From Camelus dromedarius (Eukaryota): a stretch of DNA of 64,000 nt. Shown here piece by piece: positions 1 to 13,020 of this stretch (positions are counted from its first letter, which is position 1; each line of letters opens with the position of its first letter). Location: the NCBI RefSeq assembly GCF_036321535.1, contig NC_087447.1, positions 44,950,001-45,014,000 on the forward strand, written 5' to 3'. The position numbers were made by a program, and so were the translations under genes. The notes beneath the pieces are model-generated. The model was not told where the DNA came from. It saw nothing but the letters and a program-made list of their open reading frames with translations, and made no database searches.

Positions 1-7
1 CTAATAT

Positions 8-341
8 TTTATTGTGATAGAATACATGTTACATAAAATTTACTGTCTTAACCATTTTTAAGTACAGTTCAGTAGTACTAAGTACATTCATGTTGTTGAA
101 CAACCATAAACACTATCCATATCCAGAAAATTTTCACTTTGGTAAAACAAACTCTGTACCCATTAAACAATAACTCCCAGTGACCCACTACCCCCATTTC
201 CTGACAACTACCATTCACTTTTTATTTTTTTAGAGCCCCTTTTCTCCTATGCCCCAGCATGTGGTAACCATCGCTCTACTCTCTATTACTGTAAGTTTGG
301 CTTTAAAAAGAAAAAAAGATCTCACATAAAACCAAAATCAT
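8..341 (-). mobile_element. L1 (L1MA/MB-type) 3' UTR fragment
   Basis: acataaaatttactgtcttaaccatttttaagtacagttcagtagtactaagtacattca... is a typical antisense L1MB 3' end. Confidence 0.8.
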
Positions 342-470
342 NNNNNNNNNNNNNNNNNNNNNNNNNNNNNNNNNNNNNNNNNNNNNNNNNNNNNNNNNNN
401 NNNNNNNNNNNNNNNNNNNNNNNNNNNNNNNNNNNNNNNNNNNNNNNNNNNNNNNNNNNNNNNNNNNNNN
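342..470. other. Assembly gap (N run)
   Basis: 129 consecutive N, next to an L1 3' end. Confidence 1.
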
Positions 471-1200
471 ATTTAAAAAATTTCTTGAATTTTTCACTTC
501 AGTCATTATATTCTTCAGCTCCAGTACTTCTGTTTAGTTCATTTCTTATAGTATCTATTTCTTTGTTAGACTTTTCATTTTGCTTATGTATTGTTTTCCT
601 GATTGCATGAGGGTGTATGATTTCTCTTGTAGTGTATTGAGCTTCTTTATGATCATTATTTTGATTTTTTTTTTGTTAAACAGTTCGTAGATCTCAGTTT
701 CTTTAGGAACAGTTATTGGAGTTTTATTATTTGCCTTTGTTGGTGTTGTGTCTGATTCTTTGTGATTTATGTAGCCTTGAGTTGGTATGTGCATTTCAAA
801 GAACAGACATACCTTCCAAGGTTTAGACTGGTTTTGGCAGGTAGCATTCTTGTTCTGCCAGGACCATGGACTCATGGGACTACCCCTGAGATCATGGTTG
901 AGTAGAACTGGAGCTGGGTCTTATGGCTATTATCTGGTCAATAGTCAGGTCTGCAGTTGACAGGACTGTTACCAGGGTTGCAAATGGATATGACTTCCAC
1001 TGGGTCCCTGAAAGTCCTCCCATTGGGTCACTGGGCTGGTGTCTATTTGGGCAGAACCGCATCTGATCTTTGGTAGAGTGGGACTAAAATCAGGTCATGG
1101 GACCGCTTCAGGGTCATGATTAAGTATGAGGCTGGCTTGTCTATTACAGAGAGCATAGATGGGTTTGGCTCTTCCTGGGACCCTTAGCAGAAGTAGCTAG
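471..1200 (-). mobile_element. Old L1 ORF1/5' UTR region
   Basis: ttcagtcattatattcttcagctccag... resembles antisense L1 ORF1, followed by 5' UTR-like sequence. Confidence 0.65.
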
Positions 1201-2340
1201 TGTTAGAACTGTTTCTCTCTTCTCCTTCTGCAAAAGTTATTCTTCTTAATGTTGTCCCTAGGTCCTTTAACGTATCCTCACTTTTTAAAAAGGAGATAAG
1301 TAATTGACCAGAAAAAAGAGTTCAAAATAAGGCTCATAAACATGCTTACTGAACTTGGGAGCTAAATGAATAAATACAGTGAGATCTTTAACAAAGATAT
1401 GGAAAACATAAGACAATACCAGATAAAAGTCACATAGCAGAATACAATAACTAGACTAGGAAATACACTAGTGAGGTTCAACTGCAGACTAGATGAAACA
1501 GAAGAACAGATCGAGAGCAGGAAGATGAAACACTGGAACTCACTTAGAGCAGCAAAAAGGAAAAGTAATTTTTAAAAAATGAAGATACCTTAAGGGACTT
1601 AAGAGTCTTTTTGTCTTGTTTTTTCATCTGGAACATATTCCTCTGTATCCTCATTTTACCCCTTTGTGTTTGTTTCTATGTGTTAGGTGAAACAGCTACC
1701 TCTCCCAGTCTTGACACAGTGGCCTTGGGACCCAAAAGTGCAACCTGGCTTGGCCATCAGAGCCAGACATTCACGGGATGTTCCCTGTGTGACTACATGT
1801 GTGGGTCACAGCAATAGCAAAGGGGGCAGGGTGCTTCCTGTGTTTTGGTGTAGCTGTGGTTTAGTGGGGCAGGGCCCTCCCCCAGCTGGCTTGTTGAATG
1901 GCTGCTGTGCAGGGTCTGGGGCAGGCACACTGGCTGATACTATGAAGTTAGAGGGACACTTCCATAATGGCACCCACCAGTGCTGGTACTAGCAAGATAG
2001 ATGAGATTGCAAAAATGGTGCGCACCATCACCCCTGACCCCAGAGACATTCCCAGCAGATTCCTGCCTCTCTGGCAGATGCTTTAAGATTAGTAAGTGGG
2101 TCTTCTTCACACATGGTCTAGGTGCTTTTCAGACTGCTACTTTTGGTCCAGGTACTGAGGTAAATCTGTGTGCAAGCCCTTTAAGAGCAGGTGTTTTGTT
2201 TCCTACAGTTCTGTGGTTCTCCTGGACATAATATCGATTTGTTTTCAAAGCCAGATATCTTGAGGACTCATCTCTACAGTGCTGAACTCAAGGGTTGGGG
2301 TGCTTAATGTGGGCACAGACCCCTTGTTCCTCAGGGAAAA
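1201..2340. mobile_element. L1 5' UTR + ORF1 N-terminus with an internally inverted ORF1 segment (about 1290-1601 on +)
   Basis: The minus strand encodes RIQRNMFQMKKQDK. 1290-1601 (+) encodes a degenerate KEFKIRLINMLTELG...NEDTLRDL. 1290->1210 (-) encodes KSEDTLKDL.DNIK...EGEER. Confidence 0.75.
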
Positions 2341-2399
2341 GGTTTTTTTTTTTTTGTCTTTCATTATCTTATACTGATTCCTGAAATTCTTCATCTTCT

Positions 2400-3960
2400 C
2401 ATGCTATTTGTTTTGTATAATAATTATAGTTATTTTCCAATCCAACTATCTGACTCTCTTTTGAAAACTTTTTTTGTTTGCTTCTTTGTTTTGTTAAATT
2501 TTGCTTATTTTATATGTGGTTATTTATTTATTTTTCTTGAAGGCTGGGCTTTATGAAGGACACCTTGTCAGGGTGCTTTTAGGCCATCAATATTATTAGC
2601 CTCACCATGAAGAGTTTCACTTTAGTTCTGATAGGTGGTTAAAGTAAGAATACCTTACCTCATTTTAATTAGAAATTGAGCTAATTCTAAGACAGACCAC
2701 ATACTTTATGATGACTGGTTTATTTCTGATTTACCTTTACTCTCGGCATTCCTTTGGTGGTCTGTTTCTGCTATTCCTTGGTAAACTCTGAGCTCCAATG
2801 CTCAATCCTACCCAATGCCATAAATACTGCTAAAGCTCTCTTCATATTACTAGCCTTTCTGGGAGCTTTTCTAAATTAAAAAAATGCAAAAAACATGCTG
2901 AGGAAAAAAGCCACCAAAGGCAAGCTTTATCTCTTTTAGCTTTTTCAGATTTTCTGAAATCCTGACCCATTTATCTTTGCTAATTTGTTAGTAATCCAAT
3001 GCCTTAAAACATATGTTTTAAATATTTTGTCCATTTTTCCTAGTTTTTTTCCCCCTTGGAAAAAGCATTAATTGGAAACACCTACCTTATCATTACTGAA
3101 AGTAAAAATCCACCAAATATTGTCTTAAAATTTATGTTATCATAATCAAGTTATCAATAATTATTTGACTAAACTATAGCTTTTGTTGATTTCCTTTGCA
3201 CACTAATTATGGTTTTATACCACAAAATACTATTTTTTAATGTTTCCTTTAAAAATTGCTGCAGTATATTTTTTAAAAGTTTCCCCTTTGAAAAAAGTTT
3301 CAATTAAAATCTTAGTTATGTTTTTGAAAATGTCTTTATTTTGCCCTTGAATATGTATAATGGGTTAAATGAGCACTGACTTCTAAGTGCAAAATTATTT
3401 TCCATCAGGACATTAAGATTTTTTCTTAGTATCCACGTTTGCATTTGAGATTCTACATCAATCAGGTGATGTTTTTCTTTTATTTGTGTTATTTTTTTCT
3501 ACTTGTTTCAGTTGAACTTTCCTTCTCTTTTTCTTGTCATTTTTTCCCCCTGGGGAATGTTTTAAGATTTTCTCTTTATCCATTGTGTTTACAGCTTTCA
3601 CCAAATAGTATCTAAGTCTCCCTTGGCCCTAATAGAAACTCTCTTAAGTCTTGAATAATTTTTCAGCTCTGAAAACTTTATTATTTCCCCTTCTTTATTT
3701 TTATTTCACTTTCTAAAACTATTATATAGATATTGGATTTTCTGGATTAATTGTCTATGTCCGTTTACTTTTATGTTCTAGTGTCTGCTTCTGTCTTTTT
3801 ATAGTATTTTGGTTACAACTGTTTTGTTTATATCTCACAGATAAAATCACTTCCAAACAAAGTCCATTATATTACTGTTATTTTATTGTTTTAAAATATG
3901 GTGGTATATTTTCAGAACTCTTTACTGATCTGGAATGGCAATTTTTGCCGGTAAACTACT
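2400..3960 (-). mobile_element. Ancient L1ME/HAL1-like fragments
   Basis: Degenerate T-rich antisense L1 phrases (tttaagattttctctttatcc..., ttggattttctggattaa). Confidence 0.5.
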
Positions 3961-4181
3961 TGCATTTCAATAATTTAATATGTTTCTATGTAAATCACAC
4001 CATGACTCTCCCAGGAGTGAGAGGGCAGTCTGTTATTGCTGCTGTGTGTACCAGGATTTTCAGCAAGCAACCATTGCCTTAGCATGTGCAAAAATTTGGG
4101 AATACTATGATATTTTGGGAACTCCAAATTCCAAAATGAAGGAAGCATTATTTGTAAAGGAGGATACTTTAATTTAATATA

Positions 4182-4676
4182 TAGGGACACCTGGGAGATA
4201 TTGGGGATTTGGATCCAGACCATCACAATAAAATGAATATTGCAATAAAACGAGTCACACAAACTTTTTGATTTCTGAGGGCATATAAAAATTATTTTTA
4301 CACTATACTATTTAGTGTGCAATAGCATCATATCTAAAATATTAATGTACATACCTTAATTAAAAAGTGATTTGTAAAAAAAAAAAAAGAATATGAAAAA
4401 AAAAAGTGATTTGTAGCTAAAAAATGCCAAAGCAATTATAGTAGTAACATCACAGATCACTGATCCCAGATAACCATAAAAAATATAATAATAATATGTT
4501 TGAAATATTGCAGGAATTACCAAAATGTGACACATAGACATGAAGTGAGCAAATGCTGTTGGAAAAATGGCACTTATAGACTTGCTTTGTGCAGAATTGC
4601 CACAAATCTTCAATTAAAAAAATGCAGTATCTGCAAAGCACGATAAAGCAAAGAGCAATAAAATAAAATATGTCTG
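4182..4676 (+). mobile_element. Tigger1 internal-deletion derivative (TcMar DNA transposon)
   Basis: Both Tigger1 ends are recognisable (ggagatattggggatttggatccagaccatcacaataaa...; ...gcaataaaataaaatatgtctg), flanked by TA. Confidence 0.88.
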
Positions 4677-5254
4677 TACTCTGGGAGAGGAGTCTCTTTA
4701 ATTTTCTTCCTTTTGTTATGGATTCTAATTTGTTATTCATTATGACTTTACCAGTCTTGTCAATGTACTCCCCTTAAATAGTGATTGGCACAAAATAATA
4801 CTTGTATTTTGAGTGAATGAATGAATTTCTAAACCTTCTTTTTGGTTGATCTTCTTGCTTGTACCTAATTAGTGTGCATATTGAAAAGTAAGTGTTTCTA
4901 GAGGAAGACAAATATGGTTTCAAGATGTCTGGAATCTCAAAAAAATTTAAAATAAATTGAAGATATTTAGAATTGGAAAGATTATATGGAATAGCTGCAA
5001 GTAATTGTCTTTTGTATACATTTACCCACACTAAGTACATAATATATGGTGAAAGGAAAAGTTATAGAAAATTAGATTTGGGGTCAAATAATGTATTTAT
5101 TCATGCATATAGAAATCTTTAGTAACATAATAGGATAATTGTCATTAGATGTATTCAAGCAAAGGGAGAATGACGTGTGTCATAAATGCTGCTGTCTGGA
5201 AATTGGGCTACATGGTCACTGAATTCCTTCCAACTCTTCTTTTAAATGAAATAT

Positions 5255-5392
5255 AGTTCTTTTACTATTTTATATTATATTAGTTTCAGGTGTATAGCAT
5301 AGTCATTCAGTATTTTTGTAGAATATACTGCATTAAATGTGTTACAAGATGATGGCTATAATTCCTTCTGCTATACAATATATACATTGGTA
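5255..5392 (-). mobile_element. L1 3' end fragment (Laurasiatherian type)
   Basis: tagtttcaggtgtatagcatagtcattcagtattttt...ctatacaatata. Confidence 0.65.
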
Positions 5393-8089
5393 GAAGTCTT
5401 ACTATTTCCTGAGGAAGACTCCTACATCACTTAGAACAGAAAAGTTTTTCTACTATTGTACAGAGGTGTGCTTGCCTGTAATATTATCTTTGGTCCTTGT
5501 CATGTCAGCATCATGCAGTCTTCTTCCTCTATTGCCTAAATTACATTTATTTTTTCCCCCGCTGCCCTTCTTCCTTTTCATGACAGTTTGCAAATCTCTT
5601 TGGTTTCAGAAGTCTAAAGAGTGAGATAATTCAATCTTCCTTATTCAACCACCCTCCTATCGTGTAGCATCTGTGCATTTTATATATATATATTTTTTCT
5701 GAATCACCCAAACTCACTCTGATGCTCAATGTTTTAAAATCTCTATCCATAACTGATCTTGCTCAGAATTACTGTACTGCATTGGTTAGTGAATTCTTTG
5801 GGGATTTTCCAAGCAAAGGAGAAAATTTCTTTGGGGCTTTCCAGATAGATACCCCAAAGGTCTCTGATGAGAGAAGAGGTAAATTTAGCTTTGTTGAAAC
5901 TAGATCTATATTTAGAATATATTTGAGAAGGGGGAGAAAACCTTAATAATTATCTTCGAATTTTAACAACTTTTCTCTACTGGGACATAGGAACTGTGTC
6001 TGGTATTCATTGAAGTATAGACCTCCATTTATATCTGACTTCCCGGAGTGCTTCAATTCCAGCCTCATAACTTTTGTCATAGCTTTAACTACATGCCATG
6101 TAAGGGGCCCAAAGCTTTCTCAAAAACATTGAGTGAACAATTTCAGGATCTTCTGCGCCAGAGGCTCATTAAAATACATTTTATGTACTAAGGAAGGTTG
6201 TATGTTTATTTGAAATATTGCACTCTTAAGTGCATTGCTTTTCATTCCTGTTCCCCTCTACCTCACTAGAAGTACAGCATTCTTCAAAGTTGTAATTCCA
6301 TTTAGTAGATCTTGATCAAATCTAAGGAAACCTAGAAGACTGGATGAAATATCATCCCTGGGGTTTGTAGAAGTGAGTGCAGACTAATGGAGGTTGAAAA
6401 CAGCAAGAAGTGATCTGGTATAATGGTTCATCTTTCTTCCAGAATAGGCAGTGACAAGGGGCAGACACCCAGCAAATCAAGACTTTTCATTGGCAATGGA
6501 TGAACCCCATTTCCAAAGCACATAAAACAAAATAAAACAAAACAAACTCCAATCAGAAATCTTCTGCCCCAGAGTGAGAGTTTTCAATTATTAGAAATCT
6601 GGTGAAGTACATCTTCATTCCTGAGCAGAGAGCTACATTAAATGAAAAGCCTAGAGGCAAAACTTCCTCTTGAAATATGCTGAGTTACATTATTGATAGC
6701 ATTAGGTAAAATGATTTCAATAAAATAAATAGTAAACTAGCAGATGGTAGATGTGCTTCAAGTCCTAGGCTCTGCTGAATCGTTCCTCAAGGTAGAAAAT
6801 CTTTGAATGTCAATATACCTACTTAAAGTCTTTTTTTTTTTTTTTGGCTTTTTGTCTGTTTTACTAGTTAAAGACTATATCAAGGAAGTATATGTGGTTA
6901 TAAATATAATGAATATATTAATTTCTTATATTCTTATGATGTAAATGATGCATAGTATGAAACTTTAAGCAAAGTCTGTTTATCCACATATGATTTATAA
7001 TATGTACATTAGCAGGAAGGATTTGACAGTATGTACCAAGATGTCTAGTAAAGATGATTCTTCTATGTTTAAGAGTGGATTTAGAAGGAAAGAAATGGAT
7101 AGGAGTTCCAATTGATAAGAGGAAACCAGAAAATTCTTTGTTTTTTTCTCATCATATAACTGAACACAGGTTTAATATTAGGTAAATGAGATGAAATTCC
7201 TAGAAGAAAACATAGGGAAAATGCACCTTGACATTACTTGCCAGTAATACTTTGAATATGGCATCAAAAACTCGTTCACGTTCTAAATGTATATGAAATC
7301 ACCGAATTATATGCTTTAAAATGTACACTTTTATTTGTCAATTATACATCAATAAATCTGGAAAAAATAAACAGTAAAATAAATAACTGATAATATAATT
7401 TACTTTGAAATACAACAGAGCACCAAAAGCCTGCACAATACTTTTAGAGCAGTAAAAGCAAATGAACAAATGGCTGCAGAGCACACAACTGTAGGAAGAA
7501 CACCATAATTTAGTCATTCTCTTGTTGATGAAACAGTATGTGCTTTGTATTTTTGTAGTTTTGGTTTTTTGAGTGTGTAAATTTTCATGTTGCTTTTTGA
7601 AGAGGGAGAATATAAGTTGATTACTTTATCTACAGAATATCAAGGTACATAGTAAAATTATAGCAATAAAGACTGTGTAGACCTGAAACAAAATAAACCC
7701 TCTGAATGGGAAGGAGTGTCTAGAAACTAATCCACACGTGTGATTCATATTACACAACCAAAATAAACTGTATTGTAATTTGTAATTAGAATGATGAAAC
7801 AATATTTTTAGGAGATAGCATATATTGGTAAGTTAGAAACCTTTAGACCCTAAAACTTTTCTTAAAAATGACACAAAAGGTGAAAATATCTAATTTAAAA
7901 GATTGTTTCCTTGTTTTTACATTAACAAATTGGTATGATTTTTTGAAAAACATTTTGTAATCTTGAATACACGCGCTACTTTTCCTACAAATTCTTCTGT
8001 CTCTGTAGTGTACAGGAATACTTGTTTTAAGTTCACCAGAAATGTTTATAGGAATGTCTCTATAGAAATTTTTTTGTATAATCAAAAAA

Positions 8090-8825
8090 GTAACAAAAAC
8101 ATAAAATACAATAAAGTTAAGAAATTTTGTTCATCAAAATACAACATTTTAAGTTAAGAAAAGTGGAAACCACAGATTAGAGGAAAATACATACCAATAT
8201 ATGTAACTGACAAAAGGATTCCAAAATGTATAAAGGAATCCTATATACCAATAATAAAAATAAAATTCTAAGGAGATATTGGCAAAAGTCTTTAGCTGTT
8301 ACCCATTGCCTCAAAAACAAGGTATTCAATAGCCAAGAACTTACGAAAATGTTTTCCATCTTTTTCATCATTGGGAAAATGCAAATTAAAATCCTGATGA
8401 GATACCACAAGTCTGACACTACCATGTGTTGGGAAGAATGTGGAATAGCTACAATTCTCACACTGTTGGTAAGAGTTTAAGCTGGTGCAACCACCTTGGA
8501 ATACAACTGATACCATATACCAAAAGTGAAGCTAAAAATACTGTATGATCTAGAAATAGCATTCTTGGTTATTAAACCAAAAAATGTGCAAATATTTGCT
8601 CCAAAAGACATATACAAGAATGTTTATAGCAGTATTATTCACAGGAGTTTACCAAACAAGTCTTCAAGAGTACAATCAATAATTAATTGTTGTCTATTCA
8701 CAAATCAGAATATTATACAGGAATGAAAATGATCCAAGTAATGCTTCATACATCAACATGGATAATTTTAAAAATAATCATTGCCATTTTTAAAGCTCAG
8801 AACAAAGCACACTCTTCTGAAATTT
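8090..8825 (+). mobile_element. L1MC/ME ORF2 3' end and 3' UTR
   Basis: atgcaaattaaaatcctgatgagataccac..., gtatgatctagaaatagcattc..., caagaatgtttatagcag. Confidence 0.75.
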
Positions 8826-8859
8826 GGCATTGCAGCATATAAATCTACATTTCTTTTTT

Positions 8860-10760
8860 ATTTTACCTTCTCCCATTTCCTTCCCTTCCCCTCCTTTCTC
8901 TTCTCTGGCCTCTCCTCTTGTTTCTTTCTTTCTTTTTCTTTCTTTCTTTTTTTTTTTTTTTTTACCATTCTTATCTTCTCTTTTATTTTCTTTACATGTA
9001 ACCTGCTATTTCCTGTTTATACCTGAACTGAATTTGCATTTTGATCATTATTGTAATTCAAATATTTTAAAACTGCTTATTGTCACGAGTCTCTTGAAGT
9101 GTTTTTTTCTCTGTGTGTGGCATGCTCTTTAAACTTGCGTACATGCATCAATATTAACTTTAGATAGATTATTTTCTATATGGCTTTCAGTATTTTTGTG
9201 TTCCAGTCATTCCAATCTCTGCTTTTATTATCACCAGGGATATTTATTTTGCTTCTTCACTCTCTGTCTTTTATCTTCTCTCAAAATTGTCTCCTCATCT
9301 TACTTGTCCACTGTATTCTATAACAGCTTGCATTATTTACTAATTACTAATTTATAATAATTGCTAATTGAAAAACATAAATTATTTTATTTGCTCCTTA
9401 ATCATAGCCTTTGATTTTTACTGTTTTTCTTTTCCTAATTAAACTTTCTTTTACTCATTTATTGTTGTTTGATACTACCCTGTTACTTTATTATTTCATT
9501 CTCTAATGTGGCCATGCATGGTATCTCTGTCCTATGATTTTCTTCCTCCCTTTTCATAGATTATATGAAATTATGCCCATTTGAAACCTTTTTAAAAATA
9601 GTCTTTTTAATGTAACAGAGAATATTTTATATTCCTGCAATAATCTTTTCATTTTCCTGTGTGTTATTTCTTCTCTCTTCTTTATCGGGATATTATTATA
9701 GGTTCCATATAATTATTATTGTTTGTGGTAATATTGCTTTTCCTTTGTCTTCACCTCTGACCAGAGTTACATCTGTCTCTTCTGAGTGTTTTTCAGCAAA
9801 CATGGAACATTCATATATGTGTTTTTTTTCACTCTCATCCCTGCCATACTTAGACATGGAGGGCAGAAAAATATGTAGGTTCCTACACCAATGTCAGTTT
9901 CTTAGCAAAGTTTGATCAGTGTCCCTCTTCTCCTTGAGGGATTGTTCTTCTCCCAACATGGCTGTTAGTGTACAATGTATAATTCCGAGAAGTTTCTTAA
10001 ATCAAAGTTTATCCTACCCATACCCCCACCTATGGTAATTATTAGTAAAGACTTATGGACTAAATGTATTAATATACACTTATATATTTCTTTCTCCCTT
10101 TCAGTGCCTACTTCTTGTCTAATTGTTTTCTATATTTGCAATCTTCCCCAGTATGATGAAAGCAGGAGTATATGTTTATCTGTGTAGGGTAGGGAATTAA
10201 GAGAAATGCATAAAATGTCAAGATAGGCACTTCTACTACTATGTAAAGAAAATAACTGAATGTATATAGAGAGATAACTGCCAGAAAATGTCTTTGTATG
10301 TTTCTATCTTCGTGGATCCATCTATAGTGATATGTATTGCACTAGTGTTTCCTTGAATTATCATAGTAATAACCTTTTTTCTGTGTCTTTGGGCTGGTGG
10401 TCACAGATATCTTAGTTCTCAAAGACAGTATGGTGATTCCAGATTCTAGGCTGCATGCTTGTCCCTCCTTTACACATAGGCAATAGGTCTCCAACCCTGC
10501 AGAATTAATTTGAATAAAGATTTTGTGTAGGCTGCAAATTCGCATCTCCTGCTTGCCTCTGTGATCTCCCTTTTATGTTTTTTATTTTTATATTTTTTTG
10601 TAATCTCCCTATTAATTTCTGAAATCTTTATTTTTTTCTTTTAGTTTTACTCTCTATAATTTCAGGCATATATTTATTTAATCTAGTATTTTTGCCTGTG
10701 TTTGGAGTGTTGAGGAAATTGTATGCTTCTGTTTATATTTATGCCACACCCTTGCTAGAA
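8860..10760 (-). mobile_element. Ancient L1 fragments with a T/CT-rich low-complexity tract (8860-8990)
   Basis: Degenerate antisense L1-like sequence and a (CTTT)n/T-rich run. Confidence 0.45.
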
Positions 10761-12009
10761 ACTCTCAAAATATCAACTAAGTCTGATCTAATAATACCTA
10801 TACTAGCATTTTTAGTGCAGTATAAGTTCATAAATCTCTATATCACATGTCATACTATTCAAAATTTCTAGCAGAGATATAGTGTACTTGTCTAATTACT
10901 TTCAATGATGCAATTCAATATTAATAAAATGTGCATTAAAATGCACATTTCACAAATACCAGTAGTGATATAAGGTTTGGATTGACAATAAAATTTATAA
11001 GTCTCAGAAAGCTTTCATCCAGAACTAGATTTCCCTAGTGTACAGAAGTGTATAGGGAATAGAAATTAGTATACAGTGTATCCTCAGGCTTGTTAATTGC
11101 CCAGCAATGACCCAAGTGTACATTCCTAGCTTTCCATATTTTACTGCATGGGAACAGGGCCTGATTACAGGAGACAAAGGCAATCAATGTTTGGGAATGA
11201 CTTAGTCATTATGTAAACTTTCTTTGAGTGATCAACTTCACTTTGGAGTCAAATTCTAGAAGAAGATTTTCAACTGTGGAGACTGAGCTTAAGAAAAAAA
11301 TTTTTTTTTTCTATGAATCCAGCCAAAGCCAGATGTTCATAGATCTTGCTAGTGAATCTCTTCTATTTTCTATTAGTTTACGATTATTTCAAATACTTGC
11401 TCCATGTCTTGTCCTTAGGAAATTGTTCTAAGTTTTTATGGCTCTATTCCCTTGCTTATCTTCCCATTTTTCATTTAGATCATATTGATACAAACATATG
11501 AATATTATTCTCCTTAATAGTGGAAATTCAATACTACTTGGATAGATGTGATATAGTTTACATAACTGCACCAAGTTGTACAAAATCATGCGGTGAAAGG
11601 AACAGTGGGGGCAAATGAAGTCACTAAAACATACGAAGGACCTCATGAAACAGAGCCTGAGATTTCTTTTTCTATGAATTTCTCCCAAGAAGAGGTGAAT
11701 CTCCAACAAAGGATCAGGAAATCTTTTTTTTTTTAAAATAGTGTGCACCCCATGTGAGATTTGTTCAACGTACAAAACACACTAGAACTTTAAGCAACAC
11801 AGTTATTTAAAACAGCTTTGAAATTACTGTGGAACTCCTTTTAAGAAAAGAATCCTCAAATTCAGGAGGCATGTTTCTTATTTATTTAATGAATTTCTGT
11901 CATTGATGAGTCCTACAAAATAGTCAGCTAATATTATAGCAGATATTTAATGAATATTGCTTTCTGCAATGAAACCAGTTGGTTTAAAATTTACACTCAA
12001 GAGTCTCAC

Positions 12010-13020
12010 CTAAAACATTCCTTGGTTTTCCTTGCTTTTAAATATTAATGCATTAATCTGTTTCATAGCAAAGACATCTTTTTCTTTAAAAAATAACTTG
12101 ATGACTCCTTCCCAGATCTGCTTAGTCTTGACTCCATAAACAATTGGATTCAGGGTAGGAGGTAACATCAAATAGAGGTTAGCAATAATGATATGGACAT
12201 GGTCGGGAATGTTTTTTTCCCTAAAACGGTGAGTAAAAATGGTGAATAAGGCTGGAACATACGTGATAACAATAGCACATATGTGAGAAGTACAGGTGCT
12301 GAAGGCTTTGTGACGAGCATCTGCAGATGACAGGCTCACCACTGCCCGCAGGATCATAGTATAAGACACAGAAATACAAAAGATATCAAAGCCTCCAATC
12401 AGGAGGGCTGCCAAGAGACCATAGATAGCATTGACCTTGAAATTGCCACAGGACACTTTGGCCACAGACATGTGGTCACAGTAGGTGTGGGGAATGAGGT
12501 TGCCTCGACAGTAGGGCAGACGCTTGGTAAGGAACGTGAATGGGATGATGAGTATCGCACCCCTCAGGAAAGTGGCAAGACCAGCTTTGGCAATGACAGG
12601 GCTGGTGAGGATGGTGGCATAGCGTAAGGGGTAGCAGATGGCCACGTAGCGGTCCAGGACCATGAGCATGAGCACCCCTGACTCCATCCCAGTCAACATG
12701 TGGACAAAAAACATCTGAGCCAGGCAGGCATTGAAGTCAATCTCCTTGAGGCTGAACCAGAATATGCACAGCATATTGGGTACAGTGGTGGTGCACAGGG
12801 TGACATCTGTGAAGGAGAGCAGGGCCAGAAAGTAGTACATGGGCCGGTGCAGGGCCTCCTCCTGGCTGATAAGGTAGATGAGCCCACAGTTCCCCACAAT
12901 AACAATGATGTACGTGAAGGAGAATGGCAGGGAGATCCAGATGTGTGCAGCTTCCAGCCCAGGAACACCATTCAAGATAAAGAATTCTGGGTTCAGGCTG
13001 GAGATATTGGCCCCGGACAT
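12010..13020 (-). CDS. OR52N2: Class I olfactory receptor 52N2 (336 aa). The true start is the ATG at 13020; the ORF track's start at 13032 is a TTG
   Basis: 7TM OR motifs: NIS sequon, LHRPMYYFL, MVLDRYVAICYPLRY, YCDHMSV, KAFSTCTSH, PPTLNPIVYGVKT. MSGANISSL and DVTLCTT.VPNMLCIFW match remembered OR52N2. Acceptor with branch point (CTAAC...ctgcAG) at 13071. Confidence 0.92.
   Translation of the reverse strand: MSGANISSLNPEFFILNGVPGLEAAHIWISLPFSFTYIIVIVGNCGLIYLISQEEALHRPMYYFLALLSFTDVTLCTTTVPNMLCIFWFSLKEIDFNACLAQMFFVHMLTGMESGVLMLMVLDRYVAICYPLRYATILTSPVIAKAGLATFLRGAILIIPFTFLTKRLPYCRGNLIPHTYCDHMSVAKVSCGNFKVNAIYGLLAALLIGGFDIFCISVSYTMILRAVVSLSSADARHKAFSTCTSHICAIVITYVPALFTIFTHRFREKNIPDHVHIIIANLYLMLPPTLNPIVYGVKTKQIWEGVIKLFFKEKDVFAMKQINALIFKSKENQGMF

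Noticed and set aside
303-506. ORF-track entries spanning N runs (303-506 and 52416-52728)
   Set aside because: Artefacts of translating assembly gaps as X.
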